Source of the DNA: Polyangia bacterium
GTDB taxonomy: Bacteria > Myxococcota_A > Polyangia > JAAYKL01
NCBI GenBank assembly: GCA_050287845.1
Contig: JBNKCR010000054.1
Span: 1-36,667 of the forward strand
Direction of reading: 5' to 3'
Length of the DNA stretch: 36,667 nucleotides
Positions 1 through 9,693 of the stretch are shown here, one piece after another; the stretch's first letter is position 1, and each line of letters starts with the position of its first letter. Both the position numbers and the translations under genes were made by a program. The notes under the pieces are model-generated. The model worked only from the letters and a program-made list of their open reading frames with translations, had not been told where the DNA came from and ran no database searches.

Positions 1-140
1 AATCTGTTGATTCAGGTAACAGGATGACATATCCGGCAAGGCGCGACAACGAGTCATACTGGCGGTATGGCGAGGAGGAGCAACGCAGCAGGGATGTCAA
101 GTTTGTTGCCTGAATGGCAGAGTTATTTATGAGCAAGCCC
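1..140. mobile_element. MITE-like hairpin repeat, copy 1 (left end outside window)
   Basis: Imperfect inverted repeat (ATCTGTTGATTCAGGTAACA..TGACAT vs ATGTCA..TGTTGCCTGAATGGCAGA) around a core GGCAAGGCGCGA(35-46)..CATAC-loop-GTATG..GAGCAACGC(78-86) shared with the next element; followed by TAA at 141-143. Confidence 0.55.
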
Positions 141-143
141 TAA

Positions 144-299
144 GGACAGTGGTCGAAATTAAATTGCCAGCATGGCATTTGCTGCGCCAGACTGGCAAGG
201 CGCGAGAAGTGGAGCATACCGGGGTATGCGACCGACGAGCAACGCCGTCGGGCGGGATGCAGCGGAGGCAAGATGGCAATTTAATAATGATCAGTGTCC
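144..299. mobile_element. MITE-like hairpin repeat, copy 2, with TIRs and TAA direct repeats
   Basis: GGACAGTGGTCGAAATTAAATTGCCA at left is an imperfect reverse complement of TGGCAATTTAATAATGATCAGTGTCC at right; TAA at 141-143 and 300-302; same core as copy 1 (194-245); no transposase. Confidence 0.65.
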
Positions 300-627
300 T
301 AAGGGCCAAACAAGACATACTGAAATTCAGGGGGGACAGAGGGCCTGTAATATGGATTCAATCATCTGATTCGCGCCGCCCGAATCATGGTCAAACAGAT
401 TCAGAATAATGCACTGGTCAGAAGGCTCGACTTTCGAAGCCGAATGCGGGACCCCCGTGAAAATCTGCCGATCAATGGCAGCGCACTGCTGCTTGATTTT
501 TTCCGACAGGTTGCCGCTGGCAATCAGCAATATCAGGGTGTCCTCACCATCCTGCAGCGCCCATCCCGCGTAAAATTTTATCGGGCTTCCCAGTCACATC
601 TTTTTTTTGTTCTGTTCACACACCGCA

Positions 628-2196
628 TTAAATCCGTACCGCTTCGATTTGTCCCACGGATGTGTAGTTCCCGTACTCGCCGGCATTGCTGAAAAGGATG
701 ACTTGATAGGTGGCCGTTTGGGGAAGTGGACAAGTGAGCGTGGCGCGGTTGCCTTCATATCGCGTATTACATTTCTCTGCGTGGGACTGTCCCTTCTCGT
801 TGTAAGTCGCCAGAAGAAACAGATTGTCCGGTTTATCTATCTGAATAACCAGCTTTTCATCTACGGTTACCTGAGAGCGAGTGGGTGAAATAAGCGACAA
901 CTTCTGACGATGAAACCTGGCGGTCAGCATGGGCTGCCGAATAAACTCACCTCGCGTAAGCGGTTTTTCAAGCAGCTGCCAGTTGACATCTTTGGGAAAG
1001 TGATCGAGCGCGAACACGTTCGGGGGAGTAAGCAGATAATCGGTACGGAATTCGGCGACTTCACCTTTTCGATTGGCGTGTGCACTGTCCCATGTGGGGT
1101 CTACCAGATACCAGTTATCCTCAATGCGGATAGCGTTCCACGCGTGGGAGCTTCCGTCAACGCTATCGGCTCTCTGACGCGTTTGACCACTGATATACGC
1201 GCACTCAAAACCCGCCGATTCTGCAATAGCGGCAAAAAGCTTTGCATATCCGGCACAGACGCCACTGCGAGTTCGATTTACTGTTTCCGCATCATATGGC
1301 GGATAACCACCCGCATCCAGCGTGGCAAAATCATAGTGTACCCTATCGGCCACATAATCATGGATAGCCTTCACCAGAAGATATGGGTTCTGCTCCCTGG
1401 AACCGAGATACGCTGCAATATCACGAATGTCGCTTTTACTGGAATCCGGCATTGAAACCACTGCAGGATGAATACTGGCGTTCAACGGCCACATAAAGGG
1501 CACGTCATTCGGTTTCTCCGGTGCTTCCGCTGCCATATCCGACTGACCCGGTACCGGGGACGGAGGTCGACTCGCCTTTCGAATTGGGGCTATCGTATTC
1601 GTTTTGCTGATTTTCCCGCTTCCACTTTTTTTACTGCCGCCACCGTGGGACGCTGGGACGTCCTCAGAGTGCTGCGGTGGCTCAACTTCATATGGATTCT
1701 CGTGTGTCAGTTCATAGAGCCACTCCAGGCGGTCCGCCACGGTATACAATTTTACCCGCATGTCATTGGCAGTGACACCGGTTTCTTCGTCCAACATCCA
1801 GTCACCGCGAGCCGACAGCGCAGTAAAAGCCGAGGTGGGGTTGACGAGTAGCAGCGATACAATGAACACCAGATTGACAAATAGAGTGCGCAGAATAATG
1901 CGGTCGCCACCTTTCAGATAGCGCACTTTACTGCCCTTCTTCGCCCGGCGACGCTCCGACAACATATCCCAGACCACCGGAAGCACCGGAAACAGTAGCG
2001 CCCCGGAGGCAATGGCCAACCATCGCGGGCCATTCAGGTACGATGCCAGCGAGGATGCCAGCCAAACACCCAGCAGCGGAGTAAGAAAAACAAAAATCCA
2101 GAATGAAATTTTCAACAACAATACGATAACCGTAAACGGAGAGAACGATTTCTTTTTCTGTTGTTTATCCAACATAGGGCTTGCCTGTTTGGGCAT
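628..2196 (-). CDS. Membrane-anchored transglutaminase-like (papain-fold, Cyk3/KY-like) protein
   Basis: About 3 N-terminal hydrophobic helices, a Ser/Pro/Lys linker, then triad motifs GVCAGYA, HAWNA and VDPTWD, plus FALDHFP. Confidence 0.88.
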   Translation of the reverse strand: MPKQASPMLDKQQKKKSFSPFTVIVLLLKISFWIFVFLTPLLGVWLASSLASYLNGPRWLAIASGALLFPVLPVVWDMLSERRRAKKGSKVRYLKGGDRIILRTLFVNLVFIVSLLLVNPTSAFTALSARGDWMLDEETGVTANDMRVKLYTVADRLEWLYELTHENPYEVEPPQHSEDVPASHGGGSKKSGSGKISKTNTIAPIRKASRPPSPVPGQSDMAAEAPEKPNDVPFMWPLNASIHPAVVSMPDSSKSDIRDIAAYLGSREQNPYLLVKAIHDYVADRVHYDFATLDAGGYPPYDAETVNRTRSGVCAGYAKLFAAIAESAGFECAYISGQTRQRADSVDGSSHAWNAIRIEDNWYLVDPTWDSAHANRKGEVAEFRTDYLLTPPNVFALDHFPKDVNWQLLEKPLTRGEFIRQPMLTARFHRQKLSLISPTRSQVTVDEKLVIQIDKPDNLFLLATYNEKGQSHAEKCNTRYEGNRATLTCPLPQTATYQVILFSNAGEYGNYTSVGQIEAVRI

Positions 2197-2233
2197 TCAA
2201 TGCCCTGCTGTTGAAAATTTCAATTGAGTCCGG

Positions 2234-2683
2234 CTAAATATCCAGCTCTCGGGCCACAGCGATACTGGCGTCCACGTTTTGCAGATGGGAGAGTTGAGAA
2301 AGTAAAAAATCCTTGACCGCTGCGGTGCTCTGCTTCAAGGAGTCATCAGATACATTCATGGCTCTGGCAAAGGCAGTGATTTTTTGCTTCTCGCCATCGG
2401 CATAATTGCCATCCGCGTATGCGAGAAGAATTGCCGTACGCAAAAACAGTTCTCTCAATTCACTGCCAGGGAGCTTCTGGGCCAGCACCTCCGGTTCAAT
2501 ATCGGATTCCCGGTGCAGACTGTCAAGATGAGATGCATCTGCACCAGAAGTGTAAAACTGACTGATGATAGCGGCTTCCGCCGGGTGAATATCGCCATCT
2601 GCGCGTGCGACTGCGTACAGACCACGGGCGATGGTTTCTGCTTCGTCATTGGTAATATCTATTTCGTGGTAAAGTTCTGTCAT
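2234..2683 (-). CDS. TerB-like domain protein
   Basis: Two A-x-A-D-G motifs (VARADGDIHPAE, LAYADGNYADGE) in a 149-aa helical protein; AGGGG RBS. Confidence 0.82.
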   Translation of the reverse strand: MTELYHEIDITNDEAETIARGLYAVARADGDIHPAEAAIISQFYTSGADASHLDSLHRESDIEPEVLAQKLPGSELRELFLRTAILLAYADGNYADGEKQKITAFARAMNVSDDSLKQSTAAVKDFLLSQLSHLQNVDASIAVARELDI

Positions 2684-2695
2684 GTGAAATCCCCT

Positions 2696-4519
2696 CTAGC
2701 GGCGTGTACCGCAGGTTAGTCGTAACTCGTTTAATCTGGCCTGCAACTCGTCGACTGACATATTGGCATATTTGGCTGGCAGCATCTGACGATTCGATGC
2801 TTCAAATACTGCCAACAGTTCCATATACTCAAGCATTTCAACGTCCCGTGAAGGTAAGTAATCTGCCACTGCTTTCATGAAATCCGCTTTATCTACACGT
2901 TCCTTTCCCGATGGCTCCGACTCTGCCGCATAGGCATTGGCCAGCAGGGTAATGGCTTCGATATCGGCGTTGGAATAACCGATGAGAGGCATCGCGATTT
3001 CCTTCCGATGGGCAGGAAACTCAATTTCCGTTCGAATGCCATGTTTGCGAAACTGCGCCAGCAGCACAGATTCCACCCCTTCGTGAGTTTGATTGTAGAG
3101 GAATGGAATCTTTCGATCGAACCGGCCCGCACGCTTCATATCCACGTCGAGTTTGTCCGGGCGATTGGTCATCAGAATAAACAGTACACGCCCACGATGA
3201 GAGGTATCACTCATAAACTCTTTAAGCCGCGCTATGACGCGGGAGTTGGTGCCACTGTCGCCGTCCTGTTGTGCACCAAACGCCCGATCTCCCTCATCAA
3301 TGATAACGATAACGCTTCCGATAGCCTGAATAACATTGAGAATGCGTTCAAGATTCGATTCGGTGGAACCCACCCATTTGGAACGAAAGTTTTTAAACTT
3401 TATCCCGGTAAGTCCGCTTTCCTTAACGAAGGCTTCGGCCACGAATGTTTTCCCTGTGCCCATGGGTCCCGTAAACAGGACGCCCATTGGAGTGAGGCTT
3501 TTATTTCCTTCACGGATATTGAACGCAATGGACTGAAGGCTCTTTTTTATTTCTGTATGCCCACCAACCACGCTGAAATCGTGGCTGGAATCAACAAATT
3601 CGATGATACCAAAACATTCCCGTTCAATTATTTCACGTTTGCGACGACTGATGAGACGAACGATTTCGTCAAGCTCCCTCTGGGCTTCATCCTGTTCCGA
3701 GGCGTTGCTGGACTCCACCCCCACCAGCTCCCGGATTTCTTCGCGGGTCATCCCATGTGTCAGTGCCGCCAACTTTTTGGCTCTTGTCTCATTTCCAATA
3801 AGGGACATGATGAAGTGAAAGCGACTGTCAGCATCCTCGTTGGCCACCGGTGACGGCTGCAAAATAGACTTGATCTGCACCAGCCGCAGCCCGGCTGTAA
3901 TTTCGGCAAATCGGTCAATCCACTCGTCGGTGAGCTCCTTATTTACAAAAGAAATACACTTTTTGCGGCTTTCAAAAGAAGGCATCGGAATCTTCACTGA
4001 TGCCACCCGGGGGTTGGCCACTACTTTGGGATGCAACTCATTGAGCGCTTCTGTAAGCAGCACCACAATATTGTCCCCCTCGTCCAGTTGATGGGCCAGG
4101 GACCAACGCTGAAGCGTCACCACCGCCAGACGATCCTGCTCAGTGGCAAAGGACGCCGTTCCTTCAGGGATAACCATCTCCGCATACTCAATAATCAGCG
4201 CCATATTGGAGATGGTAAACAGCAGTGATTCCAGAACAGGCAATATTTTTGCTGGTGATTTTTCGAGCAACAATGCGTCCAGATGCGGGACATCCGTATC
4301 CTTCTTCACGAACTGGCACCCGGTGGATACGTTATATTTAATGATTAAATTTTTCTTTTTGAAGACAGAATGGGCCATGAAATCAGATACGCCAACGAGG
4401 GAATCCTCGAAGAAGACAGAATCGTGTACATTGCCATGAAGGACAAACAGGGAGGATTCCCCGCGAAGATAGCGGTCTCTGAGTTCATCAGTCCACAGGG
4501 ATGAAACATGGGATGTCAT
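2696..4519 (-). CDS. Tandem AAA+ ATPase (SpoVK/Ycf46/Vps4/Cdc48-like); degenerate N-terminal and intact C-terminal AAA domain
   Basis: Walker A GPMGTGKT, pore loop SKWVG, Walker [32 protein letters not shown]-half has LHGNVHD, LIIEYAE and IPMPSFESR as degenerate AAA motifs. Confidence 0.92.
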   Translation of the reverse strand: MTSHVSSLWTDELRDRYLRGESSLFVLHGNVHDSVFFEDSLVGVSDFMAHSVFKKKNLIIKYNVSTGCQFVKKDTDVPHLDALLLEKSPAKILPVLESLLFTISNMALIIEYAEMVIPEGTASFATEQDRLAVVTLQRWSLAHQLDEGDNIVVLLTEALNELHPKVVANPRVASVKIPMPSFESRKKCISFVNKELTDEWIDRFAEITAGLRLVQIKSILQPSPVANEDADSRFHFIMSLIGNETRAKKLAALTHGMTREEIRELVGVESSNASEQDEAQRELDEIVRLISRRKREIIERECFGIIEFVDSSHDFSVVGGHTEIKKSLQSIAFNIREGNKSLTPMGVLFTGPMGTGKTFVAEAFVKESGLTGIKFKNFRSKWVGSTESNLERILNVIQAIGSVIVIIDEGDRAFGAQQDGDSGTNSRVIARLKEFMSDTSHRGRVLFILMTNRPDKLDVDMKRAGRFDRKIPFLYNQTHEGVESVLLAQFRKHGIRTEIEFPAHRKEIAMPLIGYSNADIEAITLLANAYAAESEPSGKERVDKADFMKAVADYLPSRDVEMLEYMELLAVFEASNRQMLPAKYANMSVDELQARLNELRLTCGTRR

Positions 4520-4553
4520 ATGGTTATCTCAGTTCTTCTTCAGAATTGTGATG

Positions 4554-5255
4554 TTATATGGTTTTCTGGGCTTTGGCCATTGAGGCCGCACGCAACTGTT
4601 CCCATTCGGACTGGGCAGTGACGGTCGCGCCTTCCTTGCGTAAAGCTGCCAATTGTTTATCCAGATCCGTTTCCCCCAACTCCTCATTCAAATTGGCTTC
4701 CGCCACAGTGTTCTTAATGTGAGCCCGAACATTGTCGAGGGCCTTGACTTCCGCGTCAACAGAGAGCCCTTCCAGCTGTTCCTGAATGCGAATTCTAACC
4801 TGAGCAGATGCCATTTGGGCCAGCATCCGGTCTTTTTCACCCTTGAGCTTTTTAATTTCACTTTGCACCTGAATCAGGGAGGATTTAGCGGATTCGGCAT
4901 CTTTAACGGCCCGGGCGGACTCCGTCGTCAGTTCCTCAATGCTTGACTGCAGGGATTTCTGCTTTTGCAACAGGATGACCCCCAGCTCCCGTTTGTCCTG
5001 AATCAGGGCGGCGTTAAGATCCTGCTCCACCTCTTTCAATTCCTTTTCCGCGATTTCCAGGCGATTTTTAATGTCATCTCTTCTACGAATAATAGCCGCC
5101 GACGCATGCTTCAGTTTTGCATATTTTTCAACCATGGAATTGATTGCGTTTTCATAAGCGATTTCCGGGTGATTTTTCTCGACATCGGAAATCCACAGCG
5201 AGACAAATCCACTCCAGAGATTACTTACGCGTTTCCAAAAACCTGCTTCGGCCAT
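4554..5255 (-). CDS. PspA/IM30 (Vipp1/ESCRT-III superfamily) protein
   Basis: Amphipathic N-terminus [11 protein letters not shown]-x-x-x-P-E helix start (VEKNHPE), long coiled coil, C-terminal [10 protein letters not shown] and EWEQLR helices; start moved to ATG 5255 behind AAAGGAG. Confidence 0.88.
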   Translation of the reverse strand: MAEAGFWKRVSNLWSGFVSLWISDVEKNHPEIAYENAINSMVEKYAKLKHASAAIIRRRDDIKNRLEIAEKELKEVEQDLNAALIQDKRELGVILLQKQKSLQSSIEELTTESARAVKDAESAKSSLIQVQSEIKKLKGEKDRMLAQMASAQVRIRIQEQLEGLSVDAEVKALDNVRAHIKNTVAEANLNEELGETDLDKQLAALRKEGATVTAQSEWEQLRAASMAKAQKTI

Positions 5256-5290
5256 AATTGGGCTCCTTTTCTGCAAAATGAGTTTGTGCC

Positions 5291-5320
5291 AGTTTAAGAC
5301 GACAATCGGATAGCTGTCAA
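5291..5320 (-). promoter_or_regulatory. Putative sigma70 promoter of the PspA operon
   Basis: Minus strand TTGACA (5320-5315), 18 nt, TAAACT (5296-5291), about 35 nt upstream of the ATG. Confidence 0.5.
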
Positions 5321-5578
5321 TAACATCAAACGTGTAATATTTTAGTATGCAGAAATTAAAGATTGACGTATATTTTCGTTGTCAAAGGAATACCGTTATC
5401 AACCCTGGAAAGTCGACAGCGATGGCTTGCTGTGATAGCAAGCAAATAATCCTCTATTCTGACAGGCAGTTGACGTTGTAACCGATGAGCGGATCCGATT
5501 TGGCTCTGGAATGATTTGGTGGTTTAAATTCAGAATTTAACAGAAATCAGGACTTAACTGAACGGGAATGAACGAACA

Positions 5579-6370
5579 ATGACTGGATTTTTTAAAAAGT
5601 TTGCAGATGCGTTTGTAGAAGTGGAGCCGGACAATGAAGGACTGGCGGCGGGTATTTCAACACCTGCGTCAGAAGACGACCTATCCGCAGGACCGGAAAA
5701 CCTTGATGCTATCACTGCTGACGCATCTGAACTCTTGTCTCAGCTGGGGGATGGCAATTCAGGTTTCACCTCAAAGACTGCTGCGGGGCAGGATGCTGAA
5801 ACAGAGGCCGTATTAAATACGGCCAGTCCGTCCGCAAGTGCCACCGGGTTGGCGATGCGAATGTGGCCGGAACAGATTTTTGAACAGGCGGGTATCCGGG
5901 ATGGCAGCAATTCAGCGCATCGCATTTTGAAACTGATTTCCGGTCTTTCCATGTTCCCTAAAGATCAGCAGGTAACAATGATCAAGGCAATGGATGCGGC
6001 AGATGACAGCTGGACCGAGGCTGAGGTGTTGGAAGATGCACGCAGCCGGCAGTCCGCGCTCAGAAATCATCTCAAGCTCATTGACTCGGAACGGGATGAG
6101 TTCCTGACATTGCTGGATGCTAAAATCGCGGAAAGAAGAACCAGTGGAGAAAAAAATCTGGCAGATATTGATACTCAGATTGCTGAATTGCAGGCGCGGC
6201 GGGAGGCTGCGATTGTGGAGTTGACTACCGAGACGGAGAATCTGGAACATCAGAAAAAGGAATTGACTGAAGAGTCAAAAAAAGCACGGCACGGTCTGAC
6301 GGAAGTGATCAATGCGCTGTCGAACCTTATTTCATTCTTTAACTCAACAGGCGCAGCCTCGCCAAAATAG
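5579..6370 (+). CDS. Hypothetical coiled-coil protein with N-terminal amphipathic helix
   Basis: 263-aa ORF; MTGFFKKFADAFVEVE, acidic low-complexity linker, heptad-rich C-terminal half; first gene of a tightly spaced run. Confidence 0.82.
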   Translation: MTGFFKKFADAFVEVEPDNEGLAAGISTPASEDDLSAGPENLDAITADASELLSQLGDGNSGFTSKTAAGQDAETEAVLNTASPSASATGLAMRMWPEQIFEQAGIRDGSNSAHRILKLISGLSMFPKDQQVTMIKAMDAADDSWTEAEVLEDARSRQSALRNHLKLIDSERDEFLTLLDAKIAERRTSGEKNLADIDTQIAELQARREAAIVELTTETENLEHQKKELTEESKKARHGLTEVINALSNLISFFNSTGAASPK

Positions 6371-6406
6371 GCGATTTGATTCAGGCAAAACAGGAGGACA
6401 GCAACC

Positions 6407-8014
6407 ATGGCAAAGGTGAAATTAAAACCGGCAGCAAAAATTGTACTTACTCTGCTTTTCGCAGCGGCGGCGAGTGCCACATATTATGTATTCTTTTACA
6501 GTGCTTCAGAAGATGGCGGGGCTGCGGAATCGACAGTTTCAGACGGCAAAGAAGGGTCTGCTGAGACAGCTGCGGCCTCTGAAGAGGGCGTTGGCGTTCC
6601 CAAATCGGTTTACCGAATTGCGTTATCGGAATGGCCGGGCCACATGCCTTTTGTTGTGGGAAATGGCGGTCTGACTACTCAACCCGGCTCAGTTGCCGCG
6701 GAGCAGGACATTAAACTGGAAATCGTTTTCATCGAAGACCCTGTGAAGAAAAATGTGGCATTGCAAACCGGCGACGTGGATTTCGTCTGGCAGGTGGTTG
6801 ATGAAATGCCCTTGAATATGGGCGGCTATAAGCGCGCCAATGTTGAGGCAAAAGCATTTCTGCAGCTTGACTGGTCCCGGGGTGGCGATGCCTGTGTGGC
6901 ATCCAAAGAAGTTCAGAAAGTTGAGGATATTCTGGGCAGGAAATCGGCGATGATGATGTTTTCGCCGGATCACACAGTGTTTGAGTTCATGATCAACAAC
7001 TCTCGGCTGACCCCTCAACAAATTCAGGACGTTCGCAAAAACACAAGTTTTTCAATGGATGATTTCAAATATGGTCGCGTTCTTTTTGTGCAGAATAAAG
7101 TGGACGTAGCTTGTCTCTGGGAACCGGATGTAACCCTGGCCCTCAAGGGACGTGCTGGAGCACATCGGCTCTTTTCCACCGCAGATGCCACAGAACTGGT
7201 GGCGGATGTCCTGCTGACCTCAGAGAAAATGCTCACCAGTCAATCGGATGTGGCTGAAAAGGTGGCTAAAGTATGGTTTGGCGGCGTTAAAAAGGCGATG
7301 AGCGACAAGGCGGCAACCGCCCGACTGATCTCATCGGTTGTGCCGCGCTTCAGAGATGAGCTGGGGCTGGATGGCACCCTTACGGCATTCGACTGGGTGA
7401 AATGGACCGATGAGACAGCTAACGCGAAGTTCTTTGCACTGGATGGCGGCAACCCCGCATTTGACCGCGTCTACAATCAGGCGGACTCCATCTGGACCAA
7501 GTATCCCGAGGCAGAAATTACCGATCGCTTTGCACCGGTTGCATTGCGCAATGACAAAATTGTTGGCAAAATCTGGAAAGCAACAAGCAGAGCCCAGTCG
7601 GCTCCGGAACCTGCGGCGGAACCCGCGTACAGGCAGGAAGTCGCCAAAACCGGTACTGCGCTGTTCACCAAGCCGGTTACCATTAATTTTGATACCGGAC
7701 AAAGCGAGCTGGATGCCGAGTCCATGCACATCATCAACAACCAGGTGCTTCCACAGCTGGAGATGGCCAGAGCCATGCATGTGCGTGTGGAAGGCAATAC
7801 CGACGATGTGGGCAACGCCCGGAGCAACCAGTTACTCAGCGAGCAGCGCGCCAGAGCAGTGATGGATTTTCTGGTGAGCAAGGGAATTGCGGCAGCGCGC
7901 GTATACGCCAAAGGCAATGGCAATACCAATCCGGTGGCCTCCAATAAAACCGCTGATGGACGCGCTGCCAACCGTCGAACTGACATTCTGTTTATCAGCA
8001 GTCAGACAGACTAG
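6407..8014 (+). CDS. NMT1/SsuA-type substrate-binding protein fused to OmpA-like peptidoglycan-binding domain
   Basis: AGGAGG RBS; N-terminal TM/signal anchor; SEWPG, DWSRGGD and LWEP binding-protein motifs; OmpA motifs [30 protein letters not shown]. Confidence 0.9.
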   Translation: MAKVKLKPAAKIVLTLLFAAAASATYYVFFYSASEDGGAAESTVSDGKEGSAETAAASEEGVGVPKSVYRIALSEWPGHMPFVVGNGGLTTQPGSVAAEQDIKLEIVFIEDPVKKNVALQTGDVDFVWQVVDEMPLNMGGYKRANVEAKAFLQLDWSRGGDACVASKEVQKVEDILGRKSAMMMFSPDHTVFEFMINNSRLTPQQIQDVRKNTSFSMDDFKYGRVLFVQNKVDVACLWEPDVTLALKGRAGAHRLFSTADATELVADVLLTSEKMLTSQSDVAEKVAKVWFGGVKKAMSDKAATARLISSVVPRFRDELGLDGTLTAFDWVKWTDETANAKFFALDGGNPAFDRVYNQADSIWTKYPEAEITDRFAPVALRNDKIVGKIWKATSRAQSAPEPAAEPAYRQEVAKTGTALFTKPVTINFDTGQSELDAESMHIINNQVLPQLEMARAMHVRVEGNTDDVGNARSNQLLSEQRARAVMDFLVSKGIAAARVYAKGNGNTNPVASNKTADGRAANRRTDILFISSQTD

Positions 8015-8056
8015 TCCCGTCAGTCGGCATCCACAGGTTACAAAGGAGATTTCGTT

Positions 8057-8833
8057 TTGGAGGCAAAATATATTGCAATTCCCACAGTGGGAAAACTGTC
8101 CCGCATTCTGCCTTTCGGCGGTATCATGGTACTGCTGGGAGTTTGGTTTGCCGTTACGACAGGTGGTCTGATTGATTCGGCCTTTTTACCGTCCCCCATC
8201 GAAACCGCAAAGGCGTTTTTCGACATACTGGCCCATTCTCTTGTGCGCGATGGCTGGGCGTCTATTCGCCGTGTATTGCTGGCGGTATCGTTGTCGTCGC
8301 TGATAGGAATTCCCATCGGTGTGGCGCTTGGGTCATTTGGGGTTTTAGAGAGCTTTTTCAAATGGATTATCTTTCCGCTGAGAACAGCGCCCATTACCGC
8401 TTTTATTCCGGTTTTCATATTATTTTTCGGTATTGAAGAATCTATGAAAGTCTGGTTCCTGTTTTTTGGAACGGTGGTATACATCATTCCATTGACCTTT
8501 GATGCCATTCGCGGTGTTCCCCAGGAGTATGTGGATTCCGCAGTGGATTACGGATTCACCCCATGGGGAACCATGTGGCACTTTCTGGTACCGGCAGCCT
8601 GGCCCCGAATTTTCGACGGAATAAAAGTATGCACGGGTATCGCATGGACATATCTGGTGGCGGCAGAAATCGTGAATGTCACTACAGGCCTTGGCGCTGT
8701 AGTGCAGCACGCGCAACGTTTTCAGAATACGCCAAAAGTATTTGCCGGCATTTTACTGATTTTGCTCATTGGCAATCTCACTGACTTTGCTCTTGGAAAA
8801 ATTCGAACTCGATTCTTTAACTGGGAGGCCTGA
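8057..8833 (+). CDS. ABC transporter permease, TauC/SsuC type
   Basis: TTG start behind AAAGGAG; multiple TMs; FLPSP; EAA-like loop [17 protein letters not shown]. Confidence 0.9.
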   Translation: MEAKYIAIPTVGKLSRILPFGGIMVLLGVWFAVTTGGLIDSAFLPSPIETAKAFFDILAHSLVRDGWASIRRVLLAVSLSSLIGIPIGVALGSFGVLESFFKWIIFPLRTAPITAFIPVFILFFGIEESMKVWFLFFGTVVYIIPLTFDAIRGVPQEYVDSAVDYGFTPWGTMWHFLVPAAWPRIFDGIKVCTGIAWTYLVAAEIVNVTTGLGAVVQHAQRFQNTPKVFAGILLILLIGNLTDFALGKIRTRFFNWEA

Positions 8834-8835
8834 AC

Positions 8836-9672
8836 ATGCCAAATTCACCACTTGTTGAGTTCGATGCGGTCGGACAGAATTTCCCGGCCCGCGACGGGGG
8901 TGCACCGGTAGAGGTGCTGAAAAATATTTCATTCACTGCGGAAGGCACTGAAACCATCTGTCTGCTGGGTCCTTCCGGTTGCGGCAAGTCCACCATTCTG
9001 CGTCTGGTTTCAGGAATGTACGACCGCTATATTCCCATGCCCACCGAGGGCGTGGTAAAAGTTGCGGGGAAACCGGTTGTCGGCCCTCATGATGATGTGC
9101 TGACGGTTTTTCAGAAGCCCATTTTAAAAGCCTGGCTAAATGTTCGAAAAAATATCATGTTACCATTCAAGGCAGGACTCTGGGGAAAAGATCTGTCGGG
9201 AAAGGATATTGAAGAACGCACGGACAGAATTCTGAAGGCAGTGGGACTGAAGGATTATGAAAACATGTTGCCACGGCAGCTATCGGGCGGAATGCAGCAA
9301 CGGGTATCTCTGGCGGCACGTCTGGTACTTAATCCGCGAATCCTTTGTCTGGATGAACCGTTTTCGGCGCTGGACCCCCAGACCCGCAAGGAAATGCAGG
9401 AGCTGGTGATTTCACTATGGGACCAATACCCCTGTCTGGCGTTGTTTGTTACCCACGACGTTACCGAAGCGCTGCGCGTGGCGGATCGCATTATTGTACT
9501 ATCCACCCGACCGGCAACGATTGTGATGGATTTGTCCATTGCCACGCCAAAGCCGCGCACAGATACCTGGGTCAAATCGACAGAAGCGGTTGATCTGGAA
9601 AAGCAGATTGTGGCACAAATTCGCACTGCCGCGTCCACAAGTTCCAGCGGTACGCTGAAAATGGATATCTAA
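8836..9672 (+). CDS. ABC transporter ATP-binding protein, TauB/SsuB type
   Basis: GPSGCGKS, Q-loop [24 protein letters not shown]. Confidence 0.94.
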   Translation: MPNSPLVEFDAVGQNFPARDGGAPVEVLKNISFTAEGTETICLLGPSGCGKSTILRLVSGMYDRYIPMPTEGVVKVAGKPVVGPHDDVLTVFQKPILKAWLNVRKNIMLPFKAGLWGKDLSGKDIEERTDRILKAVGLKDYENMLPRQLSGGMQQRVSLAARLVLNPRILCLDEPFSALDPQTRKEMQELVISLWDQYPCLALFVTHDVTEALRVADRIIVLSTRPATIVMDLSIATPKPRTDTWVKSTEAVDLEKQIVAQIRTAASTSSSGTLKMDI

Positions 9673-9693
9673 CTACAGGAGACAAAGCACAGC

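Noticed and set aside
327..590. Minus-strand ORF after the transglutaminase gene
   Set aside because: Frame is open to about 590 but has no good start or RBS; a frameshift at the T8 run (601-608) is possible but unsupported.
2234..2683. Tellurite-resistance operon
   Set aside because: Only a lone TerB-like domain; no terA/C/D/Z.
5272..5291. Sigma54-like TGGCAC..TTGC before PspA
   Set aside because: Spacing is 4 nt too long for GG-N10-GC, and no PspF-type activator is in the window.
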